The notes beneath the pieces were generated by a model. The model did no database searches, was not told where the DNA came from, and saw only the letters and a program-made list of their open reading frames with translations. Position numbers and translations under genes: made by a program. Positions 48,176 through 56,857 of a stretch of 64,000 nucleotides of DNA are shown here, in pieces. Within the stretch, counting starts at the first letter, position 1. Each line of letters begins with the position of its first letter. Source of the DNA: Planctomycetota bacterium (GTDB lineage: Bacteria; Planctomycetota; GCA-002687715; CAIWVZ01); assembly GCA_044222185.1 (NCBI GenBank), contig JBGANV010000003.1:160001-224000 (forward strand), given 5' to 3'.

Positions 48176-49582
48176 CTACGAGAGCGCGATCTTCACCTGC
48201 TTGCCGATGGCGACCAGTTCGGCGTCCTGCTCGGCGGGCGTGAGAGCCGCGAGGGGACGCGATGGGTCGTTGGCTGCCTGGAACTCGGACAGCGGCGTCT
48301 CCGCAAACGCGCTGGCGCGAACGGCGATCCACAGAATGATCAGCCCCTCGGTACTCGCCGCCTTGAGGATGCGAGGAAGTTCCTCGTCGGCGACGAAGTC
48401 GGAAGCGAGGAACGACGGCGTGACGAGCAGGATCGCGACACGCGTGCGGCGCAAGGCCACCTCGATCTCGCTCTTCCACTTCGCCCCTGGCGCGATGCTC
48501 TGGTCGTCCCAGACCTCGACCGCCTTGTGGCGAACGTAGGGTTTCAGCGCTTCGCGAATGCGATCGAGCCACTCGTGGTCCTTGTGGCTGTAGCTGATGA
48601 ACACCCGGTCGCGGACATAGCCCGAGAGTGCACTGTTGAACGCCGTCATTGCGCGCGCGGCGCCGGCCTCGGCGCGATCGTCGTGGGAAACCCTTGCGCG
48701 ATCCTGCGCGGGCGCAGGGACGCGGCGCGTTCCCTCGACGAGCGCGGACAGCTCCGGAATCGCCTCCTCGGCGGCACGACGCCCAGACGCGATCAGCCCG
48801 TCCTTGCGTGCCGCTGACATTCCGAACTCGTCGATCCGCACGCCGAGCGACGGGATGTCGACGATGCCGACTCGGCCCATCTGGTCGACCAGGTACTCGT
48901 CGCGCGTCCACCCACCGATCGCAAACAGCTGGCCGAGGAAACCGGCCAGGTTCGATTCGCGCACGGACTCCTGAGGATTGGACGCGGGACGGAGCACAAC
49001 GATCGGGAGGTCCTCGTCGTGGTGCGCTGCAAGCCAGACGGGACACGGGGACGCGAGCGCACCATCGACGACGATCCGCCCGTCGCGTTCGTGCGGCGGG
49101 TACATGAACGGCGCGGACACGGCGATCCGCATCGCCTCCGACATGCGCAGATCCGGCGTGGTCTGACGCGAGTAGACGAGGAGATGGCGCGAGACGAGAT
49201 CGACGCCGATCGTCGCGAACGGTTTCTGGAGCTGCGCGAACGTCGGATCCGCGCCGAGGATCCGCGGAAGCTCGCTGGCGATGCCCGGCTCCGAGTACGC
49301 AGCGAACGGCCACGACCACATGGAGCCCACGAACGGCAGGGCCGCCAGGCGGTGCTTCACTCCGGCCAGCCGCGAGAAGTCGATCGCGATCACGAGACGC
49401 TGCACGTCGCGGGGCGCGATGCCCGAAGCGAGCATGGCGCCGTACAAAGATCCCGCCGATGCCGCCGAGATGCTGGCTACTTCGAAGCCGGCCTCGTCGA
49501 GCACCGCGACGGCGCCCGCGTATGCGACGGCTCGCATCCCGCCCGCCGCCAGCACGAGGTGAACACGCCTCCGATCGTTCAT
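48176..49582 (-). CDS. Patatin-like phospholipase fused to a C-terminal TIR domain
   Basis: Patatin motifs AAGGMR, AASAG and VDGA. TIR motifs VFISYSHKD, WDD..I.PG..W..EI, LLVTPSFLASDF and EELP. Alternative start at 49606. Confidence 0.88.
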   Translation of the reverse strand: MNDRRRVHLVLAAGGMRAVAYAGAVAVLDEAGFEVASISAASAGSLYGAMLASGIAPRDVQRLVIAIDFSRLAGVKHRLAALPFVGSMWSWPFAAYSEPGIASELPRILGADPTFAQLQKPFATIGVDLVSRHLLVYSRQTTPDLRMSEAMRIAVSAPFMYPPHERDGRIVVDGALASPCPVWLAAHHDEDLPIVVLRPASNPQESVRESNLAGFLGQLFAIGGWTRDEYLVDQMGRVGIVDIPSLGVRIDEFGMSAARKDGLIASGRRAAEEAIPELSALVEGTRRVPAPAQDRARVSHDDRAEAGAARAMTAFNSALSGYVRDRVFISYSHKDHEWLDRIREALKPYVRHKAVEVWDDQSIAPGAKWKSEIEVALRRTRVAILLVTPSFLASDFVADEELPRILKAASTEGLIILWIAVRASAFAETPLSEFQAANDPSRPLAALTPAEQDAELVAIGKQVKIALS

Positions 49583-49802
49583 CGATCGCCCTCGCCGTCC
49601 GGACATGCCGGACCACCGGACCGCAACAGCTCATGCCCGTTCCGGGCGGAACGGTACCCGATCGATGCGCGCGGACCACGGTCGCCCCCGCGCGAGCCTA
49701 CCCATGCGACGTCACTTTTCAGCTCAGCGTGACGCTTGAGTGAAGGGCGGAAGTCTTCGAACGGCAAGCGACTCGCTTGATGGAATCCGCCGGGAACAAG
49801 CC

Positions 49803-51221
49803 ATGAAAAGCACCACATTGCTTCGGTTGATCGCGCTCGCAGGACTCGTGGGACCAACGTTCGCTCAGAGTGGGCCATGGACCGACGGCGAAGTCGTCGT
49901 GTTGTCTCCCGCGAGCGGCGGCGGCGGGCTCGCGCTCCACCGCATCGCACCGGAGACCGGCCACGGCGAGGTGCTCGTCGGTGGCTCGTCGGGATATGGC
50001 GGATGGTCGGGAAAAGTCGCATTCGACCCCTATCGCAACGCACTCCTCGTCAACCTCGCGCTGCCGCCCGACGGACTGTTCACCTACAAGCTCTGGGCCG
50101 TCAACTGGGACGGCACGAAGGCTGCAATCCCCGGCTTCAGCGGAGCCACGCTCCGCGCGCTCTGTCCCACCGGCGACGGGCGCGTCTACTTCCAGGACCA
50201 CGCAACGGGCGCGACGAATGCGATCCAGTACATCGACTCCGCCAACACGATTCACACGCTGATGAACTCGACGAACACCGCGCCGTTCCTCTTCGCGGTC
50301 GAGCACATGATCTTCCACGCTCCGAGCAACTCGCTGATTGCAAGCACGTCGAGCTGGTGGTCGACGAACGACTGTGCGTCCACGGGTTCGAGCCTGTTCC
50401 GGATCCCGCTCTCGACCGACGGCTCACGGGTCTCGGGGGCCGTGACGTGCACGAGCGTGAGCAATGCCTACGCCGCCGAGGAGATCATGTCTCTCGATTA
50501 CCTGCCGGGGGGGAATCTGCTCATCACGCTGGCGTCAGGTGTGCCGGGCTATGCGCCCGACAAGCTGATGTCCGTGAATCCTTGGACACTCGCCGTGAGC
50601 GGCTGGGCGCACCCGGCGCAGATGGACCTGAACGGCGGGCTCTACAGCACCCGCATCGGGAAGGCGATCGTTCTGGATGACGGACCAAATCAACTTCGCA
50701 CCTTCGTCCCCGGTCAGCCCGGGCTCGGGACTCTGCTGGCGTGTGACGTGCCACTCGGGGACGCCACGACTGGTTACAGCCCGGCTGAATCGATCTGGGA
50801 GATCGACACCAATGGCCCCGGATGTCAAGGACTCACGCACACGTTCGGTGCGGGCCTCGCCGGGAGCAACAACGTCATCCCGGCGCTTGGCGTCGTCGGT
50901 TGCCCCGACGTGAACAGCAGCTTCACCATCTCGATCGACAACGTCGTGGGAGGAGCGAGCGGACTCCTGGTCGTCGGCACTGCGCCTGCGGCAATCCCGG
51001 CGCTCGGCGGCACGCTCTACGTCTACCCCATCGCGCTGCAGTTTCCGGTGACCGTCGGAGGGACCCCGGGCGCGGCCGGTGCGGGTTCGTTCGGACTGCC
51101 GCTCCTCGTGACGGATCCCGCGCTGACCGGCCTGACCCTCTTCATGCAAGCGGGCTTCATCGACGGCACCGCGGTCCAAGGTGTCTCCCTCACGAACGGC
51201 CTCCAGCTCGTGATCGGGTGA
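49803..51221 (+). CDS. Secreted beta-propeller-like protein plus recurrent C-terminal domain
   Basis: Signal peptide MKSTTLLRLIALAG...AQ. Tail is FGAG.AG...DPALTGLTLFMQAGFID...LTNGLQLVIG. Confidence 0.8.
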   Translation: MKSTTLLRLIALAGLVGPTFAQSGPWTDGEVVVLSPASGGGGLALHRIAPETGHGEVLVGGSSGYGGWSGKVAFDPYRNALLVNLALPPDGLFTYKLWAVNWDGTKAAIPGFSGATLRALCPTGDGRVYFQDHATGATNAIQYIDSANTIHTLMNSTNTAPFLFAVEHMIFHAPSNSLIASTSSWWSTNDCASTGSSLFRIPLSTDGSRVSGAVTCTSVSNAYAAEEIMSLDYLPGGNLLITLASGVPGYAPDKLMSVNPWTLAVSGWAHPAQMDLNGGLYSTRIGKAIVLDDGPNQLRTFVPGQPGLGTLLACDVPLGDATTGYSPAESIWEIDTNGPGCQGLTHTFGAGLAGSNNVIPALGVVGCPDVNSSFTISIDNVVGGASGLLVVGTAPAAIPALGGTLYVYPIALQFPVTVGGTPGAAGAGSFGLPLLVTDPALTGLTLFMQAGFIDGTAVQGVSLTNGLQLVIG

Positions 51222-51607
51222 GGCGCGCGGCCGGGTTCGATTCGCCGCGCGCACGGCGGAGGCGGCCGGAGCGGCCAGGACACCGCGCAAGCCACGGATC
51301 GCTCGGCGCCGCGTCATGCCGGCCCCGAATCCGCGCCATGGGTTTGCCGAGGGGCTCGGCTCAGTGCCGCACCTGGCCGCAACTGAACGCGCCCACGGCA
51401 TTCATCGTGGCGGCGAACGCGGATCCCCGCTCTCGGGGTCGCAAGACTCGCGACGCGACGCCGAGTTGGGAGCCGCGGACGAGGTCGCGAACTCAGCGAG
51501 AGCGAAGGCCGTGTGGGGTGCCGCGGAGCCATCCGAGGTTGGCAGGACTCCGGCAATCGGCCGCGAACGTCCTCCGGCGTCCTCACTCGGACGAGCAGGC
51601 CGGAAAG

Positions 51608-51651
51608 CAACGAGCCCCGGCCGGATCCAGAGATCCAACCAGGGCTCGTTG
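51608..51651 (-). terminator. Long hairpin directly 3' of tRNA-Asp
   Basis: CAACGAGCCC...GGATC-caga-GATCC...GGGCTCGTTG, followed on the minus strand by CTTT. Confidence 0.65.
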
Positions 51652-51653
51652 AG

Positions 51654-51727
51654 CGAGGGTGACGGGACTCGAACCCGCAACCACCAGATCGACAGTCTGG
51701 TGCGCTAACCAATTGCGCTACACCCCC
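51654..51727 (-). tRNA. tRNA-Asp(GTC), CCA not encoded
   Basis: GGGGGTG/CACCCTC acceptor stem, D-arm GCGC..TGG..GCGC, anticodon arm CCAGA-CTGTCGA-TCTGG, T-arm GCGGG-TTCGAGT-CCCGT, discriminator G. Confidence 0.97.
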
Positions 51728-51917
51728 GGGGCGCACGCCTTCGACGACGGGGTCCGCCGCCAAAAGAGGGCCGCATCATAGCGGCGGCCATCAGCCGGAC
51801 AAGGGCACCGGGATCGGGCGGAATGCACGGTTGGAATCCACGGGTGTGACGTTCAGGAACGAACCGGCCTCCCGGATCCGGAGGGTTTCGCGCAGTCGCG
51901 CGGCCTCCGGAGATGCC

Positions 51918-54900
51918 ATGAGGATCACGTCCATTCTGCTCGTGTCGCTGGCCGCCGCGGCTTCGATGACGGCTCAGACCGGTTCCGTCATCCCCGACAG
52001 CCAGATCCCCCGCGATCAGGTCCAGCGCGACTGGGTGAATTTCGAAACGCACCCCATCCAGCCGATCGCGTTGTCGAACGACCAGAGCCTGTTGATGTGC
52101 ATCAACCAACCGGCAGGACGGTTGGTGATCTTCAACGCGGCCGATCGGTCGGTGTCGGGTGTCGTGAGGACCGGCCCGGGCGTGGTGAGCGTCGTGCCGC
52201 GACCAGGGACGAACGAGGTGTTCCTCGTGGACGCCGTCGCCGGCGCGGTGTCGGTGCTGGACCTCGGGCTGCGATCGATCGTCAAGACGATTCGCGTCGG
52301 AGCGCAGCCACACGGACTCGTGTTCACGCCCAGCGGTGACCGCGCGTACGTGGCATGCTCAGCCATCGACAGGGTCGACGTGATCGATCTGCGCACGGGA
52401 TCGGGAACCGCGTACGGCGTCGTGAATCAAATCGCCATCCCGGCCAAGAACCCTCGCGCCATCGCCTACCTCGGCGGGAAAGTCTGGGTCGCGTCGCTGC
52501 TCTCGGGCAACAACACGTCGGTCGTGTCCCCGGGAGCCAACCCGGGCGCCACCTCGGTGAAGAAGGTCACGGCGCAGAACGGCGGGTCGGGGTTCCAAAG
52601 CCCGCTGCCCGACCGTGACATCCTCGCGATCACGCCACATCCCACGAATCCGGCGCTGGACGTCCTCGACCCGACCGCGACGGTGACGGCAGTGGGCACG
52701 AGCCTGTTCAATCTGCACGACGCCGCGGGTGCGCTCTGGGTGCCAAACACCGACGCGCTGAACGCAGACGTGATCGGCGAGAAGAACTTCGTCGGCGGGC
52801 AGGTGGTGAGGAACCAGCTCACGAAGGTGACGATTCCGGGCGGCGCGACGACGGTCTATTCGCTCGACCTGCCGCCAGCGGGCAGTGCCCCCTGCGCCCA
52901 GCCGACGGGGATGGCATACGACCCGGTGAACGGAAGCCTGTTCGTTTGCGGATATGGCAGCGACACCGTCGCCGTCCTGAATGCGTCGACGGGGACGTGG
53001 CGTGGACAGGTCGCACTCCCCGCGGCCCCCGGGTTCCGCACGGGGCCACGGTGCGCGCTCTACGACTCGACCCGGAAACTGGTCTACGTCCTGAACAAGG
53101 CCGCCGACACGCTCAGCGTCATCGACGCCGCAGCGACGCCGACGCTGCTCACGACGGTGAGCCTGGGATTGGATCCGACTCCGGCTCCGATCAAGCGCGG
53201 GCGTGGCCACCTCATCAACGCCAATCACTCCCTCTCCGGCACCGGCTCCTGCGCGTCCTGCCATGTGGACGGACACCTGGACGGTCTCGGCTGGGACTTG
53301 TCCGCGTTCCTCGACCCGGTCGGCACGCAGACGCCGATGTACGAACAGGACCGGAAGGGGCCGATGGTCACCCAGAGCCTGCGCGGCCTTCGCGAGACGC
53401 TCCCCTACCACTGGCGTGGCGAGCGCGCGACGCTCGAGTCGTTCAACCCGGCCTTCGTCGGACTTCTCAAGCGCCCGCAGGAATTGACGTCAGCCGAGTT
53501 CGCGGACTTCCGCGCGTACATCGAGAGTCTGACGTACTCTCCCAACCCGCGCCAGTCGTCCGATCGGACGTACACGACGACTCAGAGGATGGGAGCCGCC
53601 ATCTACATGTCGACGCCGGTCGTCAGCAATCTGGCCTGCAACGGCTGTCACGCGCTGCCGCTCGGCACGCAGGGAGAACCGCTGTTCGACGTGCCCGGGA
53701 ACGAGCTCTCGCGGTCCTTCGTCGTGCCGCACCTGCGGGGGGTGGTCGACAAGCTGTCACCGGCGTTCTTCGTGGGAGGCAACTTCCAATACCGGCCGGA
53801 AACGGGCTTCGGCCTCCTTCACAGCGGCTTCTTCGCAACGCTGGAAGTGCTGACGCCTTTGCAGGCGAACGGCGACTTCATGAGCCTCTTCATTCCGCTC
53901 TCGCAGACCGAGCGGACCCTCGTCGGAGGCTTCGTCTCCGCGCTCGACACGGGGCTCGCCCCCGCAACGGCTTTCCAGGCGACGGTCAACCAGCAGAACG
54001 CGGGCTCGTTCTCGACGGACCTCACCTATCTCACGAGCCAGGCCGATCTCGGCAACTGCGACATCGCCGCGTTCGCCAACTTCCGCATCTCTCCAACCCA
54101 GAGCGTCAAGCGTGGGTACGCCTACGATCGGACCTCGCACCAGTTCTGGTCGACGACGATAAGCGAGGGACTGAATCAGCCGGCGCTGCTCGTCGGGCTC
54201 GCGAGCCTCGGCATGGGTGAAGTGACCTTCGTCGGCTTGCCCGTGGGCATGGGGTGGCGTTTCGGCGTCGACGAGGACATGGATTGGTTGCAGGACGACG
54301 ACGAGGCGGCCCGCGGATGCAACGGCGACGTCTCGGACAAGGACCTGGACGGGTTCCCCGACGGTTGGGAAGTCGCCCGCGGGATGAACCCGACGCAGTT
54401 CGACTCCTCGGCGAACGACACGCAAGCCCCCGTGATCTTCGGAGCGCAGCTCGTCTACCAGACGACGAACGTGGCGAAGTACCGCGTCGACACGAGCGAG
54501 CCGACGCGCCTCCTCGTCACGACGACCGTGAACAACGTGACGACGAGCACGGTGGTGAGTCCTGCGGATCCGGGCCCCGACTTCCAGATGTCCCACATGG
54601 TCGTCGTGCAAGGGCTGTCCGCAGGTCAGGCGGCGACGATCTCGATCCAGGCCACCGACCCCGCGGGAAACTCGTCCGCTTCGTCCGTGAGCCTGGTCGC
54701 ACAGTCGCAGAACTTCCCATCCCTCCACGTCGGATCGTTGACGGTCCAGGTGACCACCGACCCGGCGAGCCAGACGGCGACGGCGACGATCCAGGTGGGC
54801 GTGGCGTCCGAGACGGGCGCCTTGCTCGCCAACATGAACGTCGAGGCCCGGATCTACCTCGAAGTCGGCGGAGTGCTGACCGAGCCGTTCGCGACGCCGT

Positions 54901-55082
54901 CGAACCACATGGTGACGGCGGCCAACGGGATCGCGACGTTCACGGGGACCTTCACGCTGCCGCCCCCGAACAATCGGAAGCTCCACGTCGCCGTGTGGGA
55001 CGTCTCCGAGCCCGTGTTCCCACCGGTTCGAGCCTACGTCGAAGCCCGCGACGTCCTGAACTACGCGAACGCGGGATTCTGA
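51918..55082 (+). CDS. Secreted YVTN/YncE beta-propeller plus di-heme cytochrome c (CcP/MauG-like) protein
   Basis: Signal peptide, propeller repeats (VGAQPHGLVFTPSG), CASCH and CNGCH heme motifs, KGPMVTQSLRG, PYHWRG, DLDGFPDGWE, and an Ig/FN3-like tail. Confidence 0.85.
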   Translation: MRITSILLVSLAAAASMTAQTGSVIPDSQIPRDQVQRDWVNFETHPIQPIALSNDQSLLMCINQPAGRLVIFNAADRSVSGVVRTGPGVVSVVPRPGTNEVFLVDAVAGAVSVLDLGLRSIVKTIRVGAQPHGLVFTPSGDRAYVACSAIDRVDVIDLRTGSGTAYGVVNQIAIPAKNPRAIAYLGGKVWVASLLSGNNTSVVSPGANPGATSVKKVTAQNGGSGFQSPLPDRDILAITPHPTNPALDVLDPTATVTAVGTSLFNLHDAAGALWVPNTDALNADVIGEKNFVGGQVVRNQLTKVTIPGGATTVYSLDLPPAGSAPCAQPTGMAYDPVNGSLFVCGYGSDTVAVLNASTGTWRGQVALPAAPGFRTGPRCALYDSTRKLVYVLNKAADTLSVIDAAATPTLLTTVSLGLDPTPAPIKRGRGHLINANHSLSGTGSCASCHVDGHLDGLGWDLSAFLDPVGTQTPMYEQDRKGPMVTQSLRGLRETLPYHWRGERATLESFNPAFVGLLKRPQELTSAEFADFRAYIESLTYSPNPRQSSDRTYTTTQRMGAAIYMSTPVVSNLACNGCHALPLGTQGEPLFDVPGNELSRSFVVPHLRGVVDKLSPAFFVGGNFQYRPETGFGLLHSGFFATLEVLTPLQANGDFMSLFIPLSQTERTLVGGFVSALDTGLAPATAFQATVNQQNAGSFSTDLTYLTSQADLGNCDIAAFANFRISPTQSVKRGYAYDRTSHQFWSTTISEGLNQPALLVGLASLGMGEVTFVGLPVGMGWRFGVDEDMDWLQDDDEAARGCNGDVSDKDLDGFPDGWEVARGMNPTQFDSSANDTQAPVIFGAQLVYQTTNVAKYRVDTSEPTRLLVTTTVNNVTTSTVVSPADPGPDFQMSHMVVVQGLSAGQAATISIQATDPAGNSSASSVSLVAQSQNFPSLHVGSLTVQVTTDPASQTATATIQVGVASETGALLANMNVEARIYLEVGGVLTEPFATPSNHMVTAANGIATFTGTFTLPPPNNRKLHVAVWDVSEPVFPPVRAYVEARDVLNYANAGF

Positions 55083-55151
55083 TCTCGAGGGCGGCATTCG
55101 CAGGGCGGCGCGCGCTCCCGCCGCCCCGCGGCCCCGCGGTAGACTCCGGCC

Positions 55152-56339
55152 ATGCCCCGCGCCGTTCAACGCACGCCGAGCCTTGCCTCCATCCTCGCAA
55201 CGACCGCCGCCCTGATCTTCGCCTGGCTCTGCACGAGCTGTCAGTCGCCGTCGACGCCGCCACCGACTCCGACGCCGCCGAGCACGATCATCGTGGGAAC
55301 CCAGCAGCCGGAGTCGGCCGGTGGGATTCTCACGCTCGCGCTCGAAGGTGCGGAACGCGGCGCGCAGCGCTCGGCGCTCGCGGGCGTGGCGAAGCCGACG
55401 TTCGTGCACCGCGTGGCGTCGCGCAACATGCTCGTCGTGGCGAGCGAGGTCGGCGACGTGAAGCAAGGCCGTGACGGTGCCATCGTGACCGTCGCGTGCG
55501 CTTCCGACGGGACGCCCGCGCGCGTCCTCGGGCGGGCGCCCTCGGGCGGCGCCGGTCCGTGCTCGCTCGACGTGACGGAGGACGGCCGGTGGGTCGTCGT
55601 CGCGAACTACGGTGGTGGAAGCGTGGCCGTGCTCCCGATCGACGACGCCGCTGCGCCGAGGGCGCCGACCGCGATCGTCCGACACGACGGCCGCGGTGCC
55701 GTCGCAGGTCGTCAGGACGCGCCGCACGTGCACGACGCGCGCTTCGCCTCGAACGGGCGCTTCGTCGTCGTCGCGGACCTCGGGATCGACCGTGTCCTCG
55801 TCTACCGCTTCGATCGCGATCACGGCACGCTCACGCCGCATTCATCGCCGGGAATCGACCTGCCGCCCGGCTCCGGCCCCCGCAAGATCGCCTTCCACCC
55901 TTCGGGCAAGTGGATCTTCGTCGCCTGCGAGCTGTCGAACACCGTCGCCACGTGCGCATGGGATGAGGCCGCGGGCGCACTCACCCTCGCCGCGAGCGTC
56001 TCGACACTGCCGGAAGGCTTCGAAGACAGGAGCTTCGCCGGGGACGTCCTCGTCTCCGAGGATGGCCGGCGGCTCTACGTCAGCAATCGCGGAAACGATT
56101 CCATCGCCACGTTCTCGGTCGACGCCGGAACCGGCGGGCTGAGTTTGCTGGCGCACACCGCGAGCGGGGGGAAGTTTCCGTGGAGCCTCGCTCTCGACGG
56201 CGCGCGCCGGCTGCTCTTCGCCGCGAACCAGGGTTCGAACGAAGTCGTCGCATGCGAGCTGGACCCGACGACGGGCGTGCCTGGCGCGGCACGACGATTC
56301 GCCGAGGCGACCCGCCCCACGTCGCTCGCGCTCGAGTAG
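55152..56339 (+). CDS. pgl: Lactonase family (6-phosphogluconolactonase/cycloisomerase 2), possibly a lipoprotein
   Basis: ANYGGG, RQDAPHVH, DLGID, GSGPR..FHP, ELSN, YVSNRG.DS and ANQ.S motifs. Confidence 0.85.
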   Translation: MPRAVQRTPSLASILATTAALIFAWLCTSCQSPSTPPPTPTPPSTIIVGTQQPESAGGILTLALEGAERGAQRSALAGVAKPTFVHRVASRNMLVVASEVGDVKQGRDGAIVTVACASDGTPARVLGRAPSGGAGPCSLDVTEDGRWVVVANYGGGSVAVLPIDDAAAPRAPTAIVRHDGRGAVAGRQDAPHVHDARFASNGRFVVVADLGIDRVLVYRFDRDHGTLTPHSSPGIDLPPGSGPRKIAFHPSGKWIFVACELSNTVATCAWDEAAGALTLAASVSTLPEGFEDRSFAGDVLVSEDGRRLYVSNRGNDSIATFSVDAGTGGLSLLAHTASGGKFPWSLALDGARRLLFAANQGSNEVVACELDPTTGVPGAARRFAEATRPTSLALE

Positions 56340-56415
56340 CGGCGATGGCGTGGATCGCACCGGCGCCAGCGACCGACCGTCGGCGACGACTCGTACACGA
56401 CCAGGACCCCAGGGC

Positions 56416-56455
56416 AAAAAAAAGGTCCCGCCGCACCCGAAAGTGCGGCGGGACC
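56416..56455 (-). terminator. Rho-independent terminator oriented on the minus strand
   Basis: 13-bp stem GGTCCCGCCGCAC/GTGCGGCGGGACC with an A8 run on its left (U8 on the minus strand). Confidence 0.9.
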
Positions 56456-56632
56456 ACGCAGCCTCGCCTCGCACACGGCTGGTCGCTTCCGCGACCAGCC
56501 TCCCTCCAACGTTTCTTTCCCCAGGAGTCCTTCCTCACGAAGCTCCTGAGCACGCCTGACGTTGTCCGTTCGTTCGCGGCCTTTTGGGCCGCAGGAGTGA
56601 TCTCCGCGAGACCTCGTCGATCACTCCCGTGA
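56416..56632 (-). ncRNA. Candidate structured small RNA (CsrB/Rsm-like, GGA-rich)
   Basis: Promoter-like element, four hairpins and a terminator, about ten GGA motifs, and no credible ORF. The 5' end is estimated. Confidence 0.55.
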
Positions 56633-56637
56633 GCTTG

Positions 56638-56664
56638 TTCTCGGAACGCATCGAACTGACTTGA
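56638..56664 (-). promoter_or_regulatory. Putative sigma28-type promoter for the candidate sRNA
   Basis: TCAA-N15-TCCGAGAA on the minus strand. Confidence 0.45.
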
Positions 56665-56857
56665 GGGACGGCGCCGAACCCGGACGAGTCGCCGTTGGAA
56701 CGCCGGATCCGGGTTGGAATACTGGCGGCCGACCCGCAAGGTTGGGCCTGTCGCTGCCCGGCACCGTGCCGACGCACCGGACGAAACCAGCACGGATCGA
56801 AGCCTTTTCCCGGCCCCAGGCGTCCCGTGTGGACGCCCCGGAGCCGGCGCGACTCCC

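Noticed and set aside
51223-51252. Second tRNA fragment (GGGTTCGATTC)
   Set aside because: It is just the loop of a GC hairpin after the stop codon; no cloverleaf forms.
35684-51680. Genomic island integrated at tRNA-Asp, with att-like GAGGGGTGACTCGAA at ~35686
   Set aside because: The match to the tRNA 3' end is short and gapped, there is no integrase, and no obvious compositional shift.
56460-56857. T-box leader for proS, or SRP/6S/tmRNA/RNase P identity for the intergenic RNA
   Set aside because: No T-box UGGNACC antiterminator, the terminator faces away from proS, and hallmark motifs of those RNAs were not found by eye.
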